DNA from: the human T2T-CHM13v2.0 reference genome, Homo sapiens
Reading direction: 5' to 3' (one strand)
Assembly: GCF_009914755.1 (NCBI RefSeq)
Contig: NC_060940.1
Length of the DNA: 64,000 bases
Shown here: one piece after another, positions 12,592 to 26,763 of the stretch
How positions within the stretch are numbered: position 1 is the stretch's first letter
Layout: every line of letters begins with the position of its first letter
The notes under the pieces: generated by a model
The model's input: the letters and a program-made list of their open reading frames with translations, nothing else
The model's database searches: none
What the model was told of the DNA's origin: nothing
Position numbers and translations under genes: made by a program

Positions 12592-13567
12592 CCCTTTCCT
12601 TCTCAGCCTCTTTTATGTTCTTGCTTGTGGCTCTGAATTCAGATTTCTGAGTAACCTTTTAGCAACTCAGATCTGTCCCTGCGTTTCTCCTCTTTGTAAG
12701 ACGTCAGTTCTGGTGCTGCTAACATTCACTGCAGCCCCTCACTCTCTTTTTTATCCAAACATTTCTGGTGTACAGAACACATGCTTCTGGATTTATGGTG
12801 GGGGCTGGTGAAGAGAAGAGAGGAGAACGAAGTCTGGGGCTGTTGTGTGAAACAGCTTGTTCTTGCTGCAGATTTATTTCTATTATTTCCTAGAGTTTTC
12901 ACACTTGATCTTACATGAATGCATTTTGTAATTTTACATTCTACTTTATGATTTATTCATGTGTGTCCTAATATTACAATCAACCATATCTTGATAACAA
13001 ATCTTCCTGTCCAACTGGCCTGTTGGGAGTGTGCACCTGGTGTGTCCTGTATGTCCAGGCACAGCCCTGCCAACCCATCAAAATACATGCACTGCAGGTT
13101 TATGGGAACTTCAGTGTGTACAAGACACGCCTGAAGAGCTGGTCAAAACATGAGACTCTAGACTCTGCTTTGAGACACAGACTTAATGTGTCTGTGAGGG
13201 CCTCAGGAGTCTGTATTCTTTACAAGGTGCCCCAGTGGGTGTGATACAAGCTGGCCTGTCTACATGGTGGGCCACCTGTAGTGTGCTGAGTGTGCTGTGG
13301 ACCACCTTTGGAGAAACACCAGGGAAAGTGATGATGCTTGAAATCCTTGATCCTACCTGCTTCTCTTCATCTCAGGCCACTGCCCGTACCCAGTACCCCC
13401 AAATTCTAGCCTCCAGGAATGATCCAGCCACATTAACCTTTTTGTTTTTGCTGTGTCTGACTGTGTCACTCCATTTGCTTGTACACTGTGCCTGCCTTGT
13501 CTAAGGGAGCATTCCTGCTCATCCTTCTGAGGCTCAACTCAGTGGGGACATCTGTTCCTCTGGGAGC

Positions 13568-14116
<549 letters not shown>

Positions 14117-14266
14117 CTTTTTGTTATTTTTTAATGTTTTTATTTTCTTTTAATTAACGTCCTGATTGTCTCATCTGCTAGTCTGTGAGCCTCTTGACAG
14201 TGGGGAACAGTCCTCAATAATTTGTGTATTTCTGTTATTTATAACAGAACCTTGTGTCTAAAAGAT

Positions 14267-14268
<2 letters not shown>

Positions 14269-14307
<39 letters not shown>
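14269..14307 (+). repeat. (AC)19 microsatellite
   Basis: Seen directly. Confidence 0.98.
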
Positions 14308-14308
<1 letters not shown>

Positions 14309-14525
14309 TTTTAAAGGAGCTTTCAACCTGCTGGGAATTCTTGAATGAACAAATGCACTTTATGAATTCCCTAATCCTTTTCTTTGCTATTTTCACCACT
14401 TTCTCATTCGAGTTAATCTCTGAAGACATAATACCCTGCCATGGAGCCTCATCCCTGCATGGGCTATTTGTCACATCCAGGCTTATATTGTGCTGACTAG
14501 GCCTTCCGTGTGACACCCGCTCCCC

Positions 14526-14576
14526 ATTAATGATTGACTGACAGTGGGTGGCCAATGTGCTGAGTCAGCACCCTGG
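14526..14576. promoter_or_regulatory. Candidate enhancer core: PBX/PREP DECA + CCAAT + palindromic MARE
   Basis: TGACTGACAG 14535-14544, CCAAT 14552-14556 and TGCTGAGTCAGCA 14558-14570 in unique sequence. Confidence 0.5.
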
Positions 14577-14704
14577 GGCTCACTGGCTCTTCCCTTATTG
14601 AAGGGGAAAGGAGTAACTTTATCTTTTCAGTTAATGGGAAAAAAAAGCCACGGGACCTTTGTCATCCATTCTGCTGGGTTGCAGAATATGATCTGTGTGG
14701 CTAT

Positions 14705-14708
14705 GTGT

Positions 14709-14748
<40 letters not shown>
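14705..14748 (+). repeat. (TG)n microsatellite, one interruption
   Basis: Seen directly. Confidence 0.98.
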
Positions 14749-14751
<3 letters not shown>

Positions 14752-15009
14752 AAATATACTCTCTGATTAAAGCACCAAAGTTACTGCCAATAAGCTTCAG
14801 GATAAGTAGAAAAGATATTAGTTTAAAAGACTGAAATACCACCAGTAGAAAAATAAAACAATTTTTCAGCAAACCATAAAAAAAAAAAACTATTGGAAAT
14901 ATGTAAACTGCTGTTCTCTGGAGAATATTAGCATTTTAACACACATGGCTATCAGAAGAAAATCTTTGCATAACTTAGGGAGGTACTTAGGAACATTGCA
15001 AAATTTTAG

Positions 15010-15870
15010 GAGATCCCTCAAAAGGCTACACCTAAAATTGCCTTATGATGCAGCATTTCCATTCCTATGAATACACACAAAGGAACTGAAAATAGAATCT
15101 TGGACAGATACTTGTATACCAGTGTTTATTGTAGAATTATTTGCAATAGCCAAAAGGTGGAAACAACCCAAATGTCCATCCATGGATGAATGAATAAATA
15201 AGATGTGGTACATATATACAGTGGAAAATCATTTGTCCATTATAACATAATAAAATTCTGACATGTGCTATAATATGGATGAACCTTGCAAACATTATGC
15301 TAAGTGAAAGAAACCAGATATAAAGGGACAAATACTATATGGTTCTACTTCTAGGGATACTAAAGTAGTCAAATACTTAGAAACTGAAAGTAGAATAGAG
15401 GTTACCAGGGGCTGAAATGTGAGGAATAAGGAGTTATTGTTTAGTGAATTCAGAGTCTCTGTATGGGAAGATGATAAAATTATGGAAAAGGGTAGCAGCG
15501 ATGGTTGTATAACATTGTGAATGTACTCAATGCCACTGAACTATTCACTTAAAAATAGTTAAAAGTAATTTCAGCACTTTGGGAAGCTGAGGTGGGTGGA
15601 TCATTTCAGCTCAGAAGTTCAAGACCAGCCTGGGCAACATGGCAAAATCCCGTCTTTACAAAATATACAAAAATTAGCCCGGCATGTTGGCACATGCCTG
15701 TAATCCCAGCTCCTCAGGAGGCTGAGGTCCAGGGATGTCTTGACCCTGGGAAGTGGAGGTTGCAGTGAACTGAGAATGTACCACTGCCTGGGCAACAGAG
15801 CGAGACTCCCTCAAAAAAAGAATAGCTAAAAGGTAAATTTTATGTTAGGCATATTATATCACAAGAAAAA
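15010..15870 (+). mobile_element. L1MB 3' end, split by an Alu
   Basis: 'caatagccaaaaggtggaaacaacccaaatgtccatc...gaatgtactcaatgccactgaact...ggtaaattttatgtta'. Confidence 0.9.
15565..15819 (+). mobile_element. AluJ, 5'-truncated
   Basis: J-type 'cctgggcaacatggcaaaatccc'; TSD-like 'aatagttaaaag' / 'aatagctaaaag'. Confidence 0.9.
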
Positions 15871-16425
15871 AATACAAGGAGAAAAGCATATACCGCTTAA
15901 AAAAATGAAGTCTTGCTTGGCCACAAAGGTTCATTCCCTTCATGGGGGGCTCATTGGTTTCTAGCTGCCCTCGAGTGTGAGACATAGGCTGGAGACTGGT
16001 AACTCGTGGGCTGGAACTCACCCTTCTGGGTGTTTTGTTTGCACCACACAGTTTGTATTATTTGTCAGCATTTCACTAAGAGGTATTTGGCATCAAAAAC
16101 TGAAACTGGATTCCCTTTTATGTTGGATGGTTTGTCCATGCTGGGTCCACATTCTCCTTTGCTACCCCGCTCCCTCTAAAGAGAGTCTTCAGTCTCCATG
16201 GGCACCTGGGCCCTACAGAAGCTTGCAGTTATAGCCCCAGCGTGAAAGTTTTCACTCTGTCTCAGAGCTGACCCTCTGCTATTGGAGTCATTGCCTTTGT
16301 ATTGTAGGATTTGATTATTGTAATGTAAATGAGCCTAAGATGACCCCTAGGGATTGACCCCTGGGTTATTTCTTCACTCCAGACTGGGACCTGGTAGCTG
16401 GAAAGCCCATTGTTGCCTAACTCAA

Positions 16426-16747
16426 TTTTTTCTTTTTTTTGAGACAGTCTCCCTCTGTTGCCCAGACTGGGGTGCAGTGGCATAATCTCGGCTCATTTAA
16501 ACCTCCACCTCCCAGGTTCAAGCAATCCTCCCACTTCAGCCTTCCGAGTAGTGAGGATTACAGGCATGCACCAGCATGCCCGGCTAGTTGTTGTTGTTGT
16601 TTTTTGTTTGTTTGTTTGTATTTTCAGTAGAGACGGGGTTTCACCATGTTGGCCAGGCTGGTCTCAAACTCCTGACCTCAAGTGATCTGCCCGCCTTGGC
16701 CTTCCAAAATGCTAGGATTACAGGCATGAGTCACCGTGCCTGGCGCC
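16426..16747 (-). mobile_element. AluS
   Basis: Full Alu in reverse with a (GTT)n-expanded linker. Confidence 0.95.
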
Positions 16748-18269
16748 AATTCAATTTTTTAATACATCCAATTATTTTTTAAAAATAGCCCAAACAAGCA
16801 GATTTTTAACCATCTACAACCAGCCTGCTTTCCATATTTCACAATGCCTCACCAGCCTTACCATTTGGTGAAATAGGTCTTTGTAGTTACAAGGCTCCAA
16901 GTTGAGCCAACGCTTTGGAAGCCTCCAACCCAGAGACTCCCCAAGGGGCTGCTGAATGACATCACCTAGACAAGTGATCCCCTCCTCAGAGTTCCCCATC
17001 CTCCACATCCACTGCTGGATGATGACTTGCTCACACAAGCCTCTGGATGGTCTCATACTGTAAGGGACATTGTGCAGCTCCCTGTGCCTGTGTTACCTCC
17101 TCTTACAGTCATATCTTTGTCAAGCCCCCAAATCCTTAAGTTCCCTACAATTATTACAATGTTTTTTTCTTATATGAAATTATAAATAATAAGTCACTAG
17201 ATGGAGGAGGATAGAGATGGAGGAGAAGAAGAGGTGGGTCTACTTAAGAGGGCCTTTTTCTCCCCTGTTGAGATAGGAAAAGCAATAGAATAGGTGTTGG
17301 GAATGCTCTTGTTTGCCAGGGCCAGGAGAGAGCATCTTGTTTGTCCGCTTTGGGTACATGGCTAGGCCTTCCAAGAGTCAGCCTCATACACATTTGCTCT
17401 TTGATGTTTTACAAGGGGCCCTAAACTGAGGATAACCCTTGGAGAGTTAAACAATGTGAATGCCATATGCCTGGAGTGCACTTCTCATTGGTCAAGGATT
17501 AAATTCATGGGAATCGTGTACCCAAAGCAGATGCAGCCTCATTGTAGGTTCTGAATCCAGGGTGAAAAGGCCTTGGGAGCTGACTGCAGTCAGCAGAAAT
17601 GCGTGTCTAACCTGGATTGATGGTTCTGGTTGATCAGGATTTGCAGGAAATAGAGTAATGCAATTACCATCCTTGGCTCGCTCTCTGTGGGATGTTCTCA
17701 CAGATCAGTGGCAAAGGGTTGGTAGGCTATTTTCCTCCCATTGTATTGTGAGATGTACAAACCTTCCTACTGATACTGCCGGGGAGAGATTTTCTGAAGG
17801 ATTATGAGGCTGCTATTTAAAAAAGTGATTTCCAGTTAAATACCTTTCAGTATTAAAATGGTAAAGCTATAAGGAATGGGGGGATAGTCTTCCATAATAA
17901 TTGCTTCTCAAGGAGCTTAGTCTGATTGTCTTATTAACAACTTTAACTTCATCCTTTTCCTATGACAAATGAGAAAAGAATTCTGTGATTCATTGAACAG
18001 TCAGATTTCCAATATGGTGTTTACTTGCATTTTCGTTTCCACTTCAGCCAGGAAATCAAATCCGAGGGATTAAATACCCCATTTGAAATGTAATGGAGAA
18101 TTACACAAAAAAAGGAAAATTCACCCACAAACTAGAGCAACTTCATTCAAAATTTCAGATAGTCAAGAGCGCCAGCGCATCGAGGAACAGTGACCTAACC
18201 TTCGCAGGCCGTTGGTGTTAGCCCTCTCTTACCTTCCTACTGGTGCCATGAAATTCACTTTCTGGCAGT

Positions 18270-18490
18270 CATCATAGCTAATAGTGGCCATGCATTGAAT
18301 GCGTACTATGTGCCAAGTCTGGTGATTCTTATTTTTTTTTAATTTAAATTTTACAACTCTGTGAAGTAGATACTTCCAGTGTCCCATTTTAGAAGAAGGA
18401 ATCAGACAAAGATAGTTATGTAATATGCCGAAGATCACAGACATAGTACATGGTAAAGTCAAGTTCCAAACTATCTTCCATATGGCTTTA
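18270..18490 (-). mobile_element. MIR
   Basis: 'tactatgtgccaag...acaactctgtgaagtaga...cccattttagaagaaggaa...aagatcacag'. Confidence 0.8.
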
Positions 18491-18659
18491 GACTGTAATC
18501 CAAGTCAGCATTTATGTGCATGCTACCAGGTCAGGTATGATGGGATGCCTCTTTTTACTTAATATGTATATTCTGGGGGTCTGGCTCCTCCCCTGGTATT
18601 CACTAGAGCAGGTTTTGTTCTTTTTTTACACCAGAACTCTCTAAAACCCAAAGGCATAA

Positions 18660-19130
18660 CATTCACATAATAGTCAACATGTATGTATCTCAAGGGTCTA
18701 CTAGAGACCAGGTAATGAGCTAGGAGCTGGAGGAAGGAAAAGACATTAAAAACAATGGTCCTGCCTTCATGAGGCTTACACTCTCCTGAGAAGCCAGCTT
18801 ACAAAGAAGCAAACAGCTCAGAAACAGGTTATGCCTTATGCCAGGTACTAGGAAAAAAATCAATGTGGTTGTGAGATAAAAAACAAGGAGGGTTTCATCG
18901 ATATAGGATGGTCGGGGAAGGCTCTCTGAAAAGACGGTGTTTCCACTAAGGCTTAGAGAGGGGGAAGGAATCAAGCTGGACCCACATCCATGGGAAGAAC
19001 ATCTCAGAGGTAGCAGCAAGTGCATAGGCCTCAGGTTAGGAACAAATGTGACCTGTTGGAGAAACTGGAAGGATGTCAACATGGGTTGAATGGAGTAAGA
19101 GGGTAATGAGGAGGACTGCCCTAGATGGAG
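18660..19130 (-). mobile_element. L2 3' region
   Basis: 'gtcctgccttcatgaggcttacactct...ggaaggctctctga...gcaagtgcataggcctcagg'. Confidence 0.75.
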
Positions 19131-19937
19131 TCAAAGGTTTGGGTTTAAACAGCAGAACAAACCTATTCCATATCTCAGATTATTTTGTCTCTCTCTTTTT
19201 TTAAAAAAAAAAAAAATTGTTTTCCAGTATTGTTTTTCTCCTGTTTCACCTTATTCAAGCACCTGCTCTAGTTCCCATTATTTTTTTTAAAAAATTGCTC
19301 TCTGTTCATGTGGACCTTTTAATTCAAGAAATGTTTGAGCATTATATGCCAAGCCCTGACGTAGGCAAGGCAGGGATTTGAAAGATGTGAAGTGATGTGT
19401 CTGTGGGCCTTAGAAACACGTAGCTTTGAATTCCGAAAGTGAGAATTAAGTTGACCTTGCAGAAATGAATTGCAGGTTAGGTGGTGGTAAGTCTCTAAAG
19501 AAGATTCATGTGGGACCTTTTCAAATAATTCTGTTCTCCAGTCAATTTTAAACCACCCTGCGTCCCAGCAAGGGCAGTTTATGGCTTTGTTCACATCATA
19601 GATTTAGAAATCAAGACCTAAGAAAGGTCACACCATTAAATAAATGTTCAACACTCCGGGAAAAATGGGATGTTAATAACAAATTCTCAGTTGAGTGACA
19701 TTGACTTGCTACTTTTGTAACAGCTACTTTGGTTTGCATTTGTAAAACCTAAAAAAATTTTTTTTCTTTACTTTTGTTGGAGAAAAGGGAAGTTTTTGAC
19801 CTGAGCATTTTCTCACTTCAGAGAATTGAATAAGGGAAGCGTGCATTGATTAATATTCTTGGGGGTGCTAGAAATGTATCTGAAAACCTCTCCAGTCTAG
19901 TGTTTCTCAAATTTTAATGTGCTTAAAGATATCTGGA

Positions 19938-20250
19938 GCTGTGCTGTGAAGTCACTAGGCACATGTGACTTCTCAGTACTTCTGAATAGTTGAAATGTAG
20001 CTAGATGAAATTGAGGCATATCTCTAAAATGCACACATTTGAAGAGTTACTATGAAAATAAATGTAAAATATCTTGACAATTTTTGTATCAATTATTCAA
20101 TAGAATAAACTTTTGATATATTGGGTTAAATTCAATATATTATTTAATCAATTTCATTTATTTGTTTTCACTTTTTAAATAAAATGCAGCTATTAGAAAA
20201 TTTAAAATCGTATATATCTTACATTATGTTTTTATTTTACCCTATTACTC
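19938..20250. mobile_element. MER33-like hAT-Charlie relic
   Basis: 'gtcactaggcacatgtg...ttgaaatgtagctag...ttgatatattgggttaaat...gctattagaaaatttaaaat'. Confidence 0.7.
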
Positions 20251-20259
20251 TAAGAAGAC

Positions 20260-23175
20260 TTCTGTGTCTAGCCATGATGCTACAACTGATACCAGGTTGG
20301 TCCTCAGACTGAAAGCAATGAAATACCTAAGGCTACTCTTTTTAAGCATTGATCAAAAGGCAGCTCTGTGATCTTGGAGAGAAGGGAGACACCTAAGGTG
20401 AGCCTCATGAAAGCTCTGGCTTTCTGTCCAGGAGCCCTTTTCTGCTGCAAGGCAGGTAGTTGGTGCCAAGCACTGTGACGTTCTCACTGAGCTGAAGATT
20501 TGAAGAGTAGAGTTCTGGGATTCTGAAGTGGAATCGTTTTGGGGTCAGGTGCCACAAAAGAGGAATATGTGCAGGGGGAATGCTCGTAAGTCTGCATGGA
20601 ATTTTACAGCTGGTCCTTGGCTGACTATCCATGTCCAGGGTGACAGACTTCACCGGAGATCAGAGATCAGTTGATGCAGTGCTCTGAGCTAGATGGTAAA
20701 ACAAGAATCTGTGCAGTGCTGGGGCACTTGGGATCCAAGCAACCCAGAGTTGGGAGACCTTATGCAACACCTTGTGCAATCAAGTGGAAACCCCAGAATG
20801 CCCATGCTGAGGACTAAGTTCCAGTTTCACTAGAATAAGACCATGCCTGTTGACTAAGTTCAAGATGGAAACAGACCCACCTGACAAAGGATAAAACCTA
20901 GCACAACAGGATCAAATGACACTCTAGTCATTTAACCACTTGCATGAACAAAATTCAGCACCTTTCAGAAGAAAACATTATTAGCACAATCTGGATTTCT
21001 ATAATGCATTAATGCATCTTGTTCAACATACCACAAAATTTATTAAACATATGAATAAACAGGATCATGTGACCTATAGCAAGATACAAAATAAAGCAAA
21101 CAGAAACAGACCCTGATGTGTCATGGATATTAGAATAATCAGAAATGACTTTAAAACCACAATTGTAAATATGTTGAAGACTTAAAGAGAAGATTGTGTT
21201 ACTTAAATGAATAAACAAGGGATCCCAGGAAAAAAAATGGAAGTCATAAAAAGGAATCAAATGGAAAGTTTAGAAAGGAAATGTAAAATATTTGAAATAA
21301 GCAAGGCACTTGAACAGTTTAACAGTAGATTGAAGACTATAGAAGAAAGGACTAGTGAATTTGAAGACAGAACAGAAAATTATTCAATCTGAAGAATACA
21401 AAAGGAAACAAAGGTAGTAAAATAAACAGAGTCAGAGATCTGTGGGAGAGTATCAAGTAGTCTGATATATCTGTGATTGAAAGCATAGAGGTAGGGAGGA
21501 GAGAGAGAATAGGATAGAAAAAACAGTTGAAGTAAGCGGTGAAAATTTTCCAAAGTTAATGAAAAACATCCATTTACAGGTCCAAGAAGATTAGTAGATC
21601 AGGTTAAATACAGGTAGAATTAAAAAAAAAAAAAAAGAACTAAACTCAGACATCAGTCATATTGACGAAAAAAAAAAACCATAGATAATATTGAAAACAG
21701 CCAGTGAAAAAGGAAATATAAAATGCAGGGGATGAATGGTACAAACAGTAACTGATTTCTCATAGAAACTGTGGAGGCCAGAAGACAATCATATGACATC
21801 TTTAAAGTTCAGAAAGAAACAAAACAAAACACTGTCAACACAGAATTGTATGACTGGCAAAAATATTCTTAAAAATTAGGTGAAATAAACACATTTTCAT
21901 CTAAAGGACAGTAGAGGGAATGTGTCAGCAGCACAAGAAATGCAAGGGACATGATCAAATATGAAAGGAAATGAGAGCAGAAGGAAGCTCTGATATAATG
22001 AAGTAAAAATAGTTGAAATGGTAGACACATAGGTCTACCATAGGTATATTAATGTATATGCTTTCACTTCTCTTAATTTATTTGGGGAAAACAGATAGTT
22101 TACAATAAAAATGATACAGTTTTATTCTTGGGTTTGTTAAGTATACACATGTAAGATTTATGACTACTGTGCAAATGTATGATGCTGAGTAGGAAATACA
22201 GTTTTATTATAGTTTTTATATTTTAACAGAAGCCACATAATATGAACTGTAAAAAGATTCTGATAAGTTATGGATACATATTGTTTATCCTACCATGCCT
22301 AAAAATGAATAGAATATAGCTTTAAAAATAAATGTATATGTAATGCAAAAAGGATTTGCTTAATAAAAAAGAAGTCAAGAAATAAGGAATAAAATGAAAC
22401 ATATGGATGTGAAAACTAGAAGGCAAAAGCTTGAAAGACAACCATAGAAATAATTTCACCAAGTGCAAGTGGACTAAACACTCCACTTAAAGAGCAGAGA
22501 TTGTCAGACTATAATAAAAAGCAAGAATCCGTTATTTGCTGACTACAAGAGACTCGTCTTAAATACAGAGACACAGTTAGATTGAGTAAAAGAGTGGAAA
22601 ACTATATCCCATATGAATAGTAAGGATAAGAAAGCTGGTGTGTCTGTATTACTGTCAAAGTTGACTTCAGGGGAAGAAGTATTAGCAAAGTGGAAAAGAG
22701 ACATTTCAGAATGATCAAATGGTTAATTCATGAGGAAGATATAACAGCCCTAAATATGTATGCTGCTAATAAACAGCTTCAAAATACATCAAGCAGAAGT
22801 TGACAAAACTAAAGCCAGTAATAGATAAATCTGCAGTCATAGTTGTAGACAAATTTGCAATCAACAACTCTCTCTGATTGAAAAAACATTCATAACCAGA
22901 TCAGCAGTGATGTATGCACTGATGTGGATGAATGTCATATACATTATAAAGAGCGTAAGAGGCCAGATAGGCATGCATACTCTATGTTTCCATTTATATG
23001 ATGCTCAAGAGTAGAAAAAACAAATTTATGGTGAGAAAGTTCAGAACACTCATTCCTTTAGAGCTTTGGGTTCTGACTAGGAAGGGGCACCAGAGGACTA
23101 CCTAGTGTGATGGAAATACTCTGTGTTTGATCGGAGTGTTAGTTATATGTGTGTACACATTTATCAAAAGTCTTT
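20260..23175 (+). mobile_element. Old L1M (L1MD/ME-like): 5' region, ORF1, start of ORF2 endonuclease, joined to a 3'UTR
   Basis: 21207-21392 ORF is ORF1p coiled-coil-like; about 22460-22610 encodes a degenerate EN start (GLNTPLK.QRLSD...IC.LQET); 22900-23175 is an L1ME-type 3'UTR. Confidence 0.8.
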
Positions 23176-23189
23176 AAATCTTTATTAGC

Positions 23190-23382
23190 CTAAGCCCCAT
23201 GTATTGCCACTTGTTTTTGTAAACAAAATGTTATTGGTACTTTGCTGTACTGATTTATCTACATATTGTCAAAGGCTGCTTTTGCACTAAGGTAACAGTT
23301 GAGTAGTGGAGATAGAGACTATGGCAGAAAAAACCTAAAATATTTATGATCTAGCCCTTTCTAGAAAGCTTACTACCCCTTG
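23190..23382 (-). mobile_element. MER58A
   Basis: 'tgtttttgtaaacaaaatgttattgg...ggctgcttttgcacta...cctaaaatatttatgatctagcccttt'. Confidence 0.8.
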
Positions 23383-24134
23383 CTCTAGAGTCACTTATTT
23401 AAATGCAGCTTCTGAAAGTCACCCTCTAAGATTCTGATCCAGAACATCTGGAACAGAGGGAAGCATCTCCAATCTATTCCACTCCCCAGATGACTCTCAA
23501 GTTTATAAAACTGTGTGGACAGAAGTTGCGGAATTGCTCCTTTCAAGATTCACCATATCAACATAGTAGCTACTCTCTTTGGTCATAAAGGTATTTTACT
23601 GACTAATCTCATTGAATCACTCTGGAGTTATAAAAGCCCATTTCCTCCCCACTGGCCTTCCTTGGAAAGTGAGAAAAATTCCTTCTCATCATAGTTATGT
23701 AATCATCCTTCATAAATGTGGAGAGGCTCACATGTGCTGCTGGTGGTAACACATTCTCCTGCCACTCTCCGGCTCTCTGTAGGCGGCTGTTTGAGAGGTT
23801 AAAGATAGGATGAAGGAAAAATTCACAAAACACTTTGTATGCACGTCTGGCGGATAATGACACTTAAGAAGCTTTGCTTAAAACTGATCTGCCTTCGTGA
23901 TGATTTGAGCTTGCTCTTTAATTAGCTTTTAGGAGCATATATTGTTTAGTATGATTATTTTATTTTGCCAAATAGAAGCTTAACACGCTTTAGTTCACAA
24001 AGGAGCGAGATCTACTTTATACCAGCTTTTAACGACCAATTGAGAGAGAAGAAAATGTCTGACTGCCCTGGAACCTTTTTCCCCATGGGTGGTATGTGAC
24101 TTTAAGATTTCACGATCATGGGGGACACTTTCGG

Positions 24135-24461
24135 CAGCAACAGCAATGCTCAGCAAGTATTCCCTTGGCTCTTCTCTATTTCCAGCCCCCTGGCAGTTAG
24201 GTGGAGCTCTGTGACTAGTTTTGCTCACTGAAATGTGTGACTTGTCCATTGTTTCTTCTAGCATAGAATCATGCGAATGCATGATGCAGTTACCACAGCA
24301 TGTAGATACCACAGATACGGTTACCACAGGTGTGACATGAAGCAGCTTGAATTCCTGAGCTAGTTTTACTGAGCAGGAAATTGATGTTTGTTGCGTTCAT
24401 TTATCGAAGTCTTGGAGTCACTTGTTAGTATGGTATAGCCTTCTCTTTCCTGACCAGTACG
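24135..24461 (+). mobile_element. MLT1J-like LTR
   Basis: 'ttccagccccctggcagttaggtggagctctgtgactagttt...ttgttagtatggtatagcc...tcctgaccagtac'. Confidence 0.65.
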
Positions 24462-24653
24462 GTACCTACTGCCATAAGTTCAGTTACTCACTGGGGAACA
24501 TAGTCCAGGAGTACACGTGAAGCTAGTAAAAAGGCACCATTTCAAATTAGCGAAGGTGGCATGGACTGTGAGTTAACAGAGGAAGGAAAAGTGACTGTAT
24601 ATTTGGGAGGAAAAAGTGAGATCTCTTTCTTCAACTATGTAAAAATAAGTTAT

Positions 24654-24912
24654 ATCCCAGCACTTTGGGAGGCTGAGGCAGGCGGATCAGTAGGTCAGGA
24701 GTTCAAGACCAGCCTGGCCAACATAGGAAAATCCTGTCTCTACTAAAAATACCAAAATTAGCTGGGCATGGTGGCGCATGCCTGTAGTCCCAGCTACTCA
24801 CTTGAACCCAGGAGGCAGAGGTCGCAGTGAGCCGAGATCATGCCACTGCACTCCATCCTGGGCAACAGAACGAGACTCTGTCTCAAAAAAAAAAAAAAGA
24901 AAAGAAAAAAAA
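24654..24912 (+). mobile_element. AluS (Sg-like), 5'-truncated, small internal deletion
   Basis: Starts at 'atcccagcac'; lacks 'ggaggctgaggcaggagaatcg' in the right arm. Confidence 0.95.
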
Positions 24913-25199
24913 GACTATTGCTTTTCAAAAGGTCTCTGCTGTGCATTATGTTGTGTAATTTTTTTTTTTTCTGAGAGACTGCCTCAAAGGATGCAAGTTA
25001 TTCGTCTGCATGTCATTTTAAAAATGTCTTCTCTGGAGGTATCTGGATGGAAGAGAAAACTTCTGTGATGCTGGGGCTCAATTCTCTTGGGGCTCTCTAT
25101 AAGACAGGCCATTATATCAATTGCTACATCTAGCATCTCCTGTGCTGACAAAAGTCCCCTGATTGCTCCACTGCCCTGCAGAGTTGATTGTGCTATCTT

Positions 25200-26360
<1,161 letters not shown>

Positions 26361-26605
26361 CTTGTTAGGGGTATTGTACTAGTTCCCTGCCATCCAGGGA
26401 TGCATAGTAAATCTGCCTGATCCTGTGAGCTCGGGGAAACCTAAAGCTTTCTGCGGGAGTGGTAGGTACCAAAGACATGACATTAGTTCTGCCCTACTCA
26501 GAAGGTATGGGCTGGGACAGGCAGTGAGGGGGTGAAGGAGACTAACCGTGAACTGTCAGTGCCCCCTGTGGCCCAGCAATCTTTGTGCTTGAACTCAGAG
26601 TATTT

Positions 26606-26702
26606 TTTTTTTTTGAAATGGAGTCTCACTCTGTCACCCAGGCTGGAGTGCAGTGGTGTGATGTCGGCTCACTGCAATCTCCGCCTCCCGGGTTCACGCC
26701 AT
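26606..26702 (-). mobile_element. Severely 5'-truncated AluY-like element (about 97 bp) with 14-bp TSD
   Basis: Y diagnostic 'gggttcacgccat'; AACTCAGAGTATTT at 26592 and 26704. Confidence 0.9.
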
Positions 26703-26763
26703 AAACTCAGAGTATTTCTTATGTGAGGGGTCCATTCTCTAGCATCTTACCCCAGGCAGGCCA

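Noticed and set aside
24292-24328. Three ACCACA (RUNX-like) motifs in 37 bp
   Set aside because: They lie within a decayed MLT1 LTR and are explained by a local micro-duplication.
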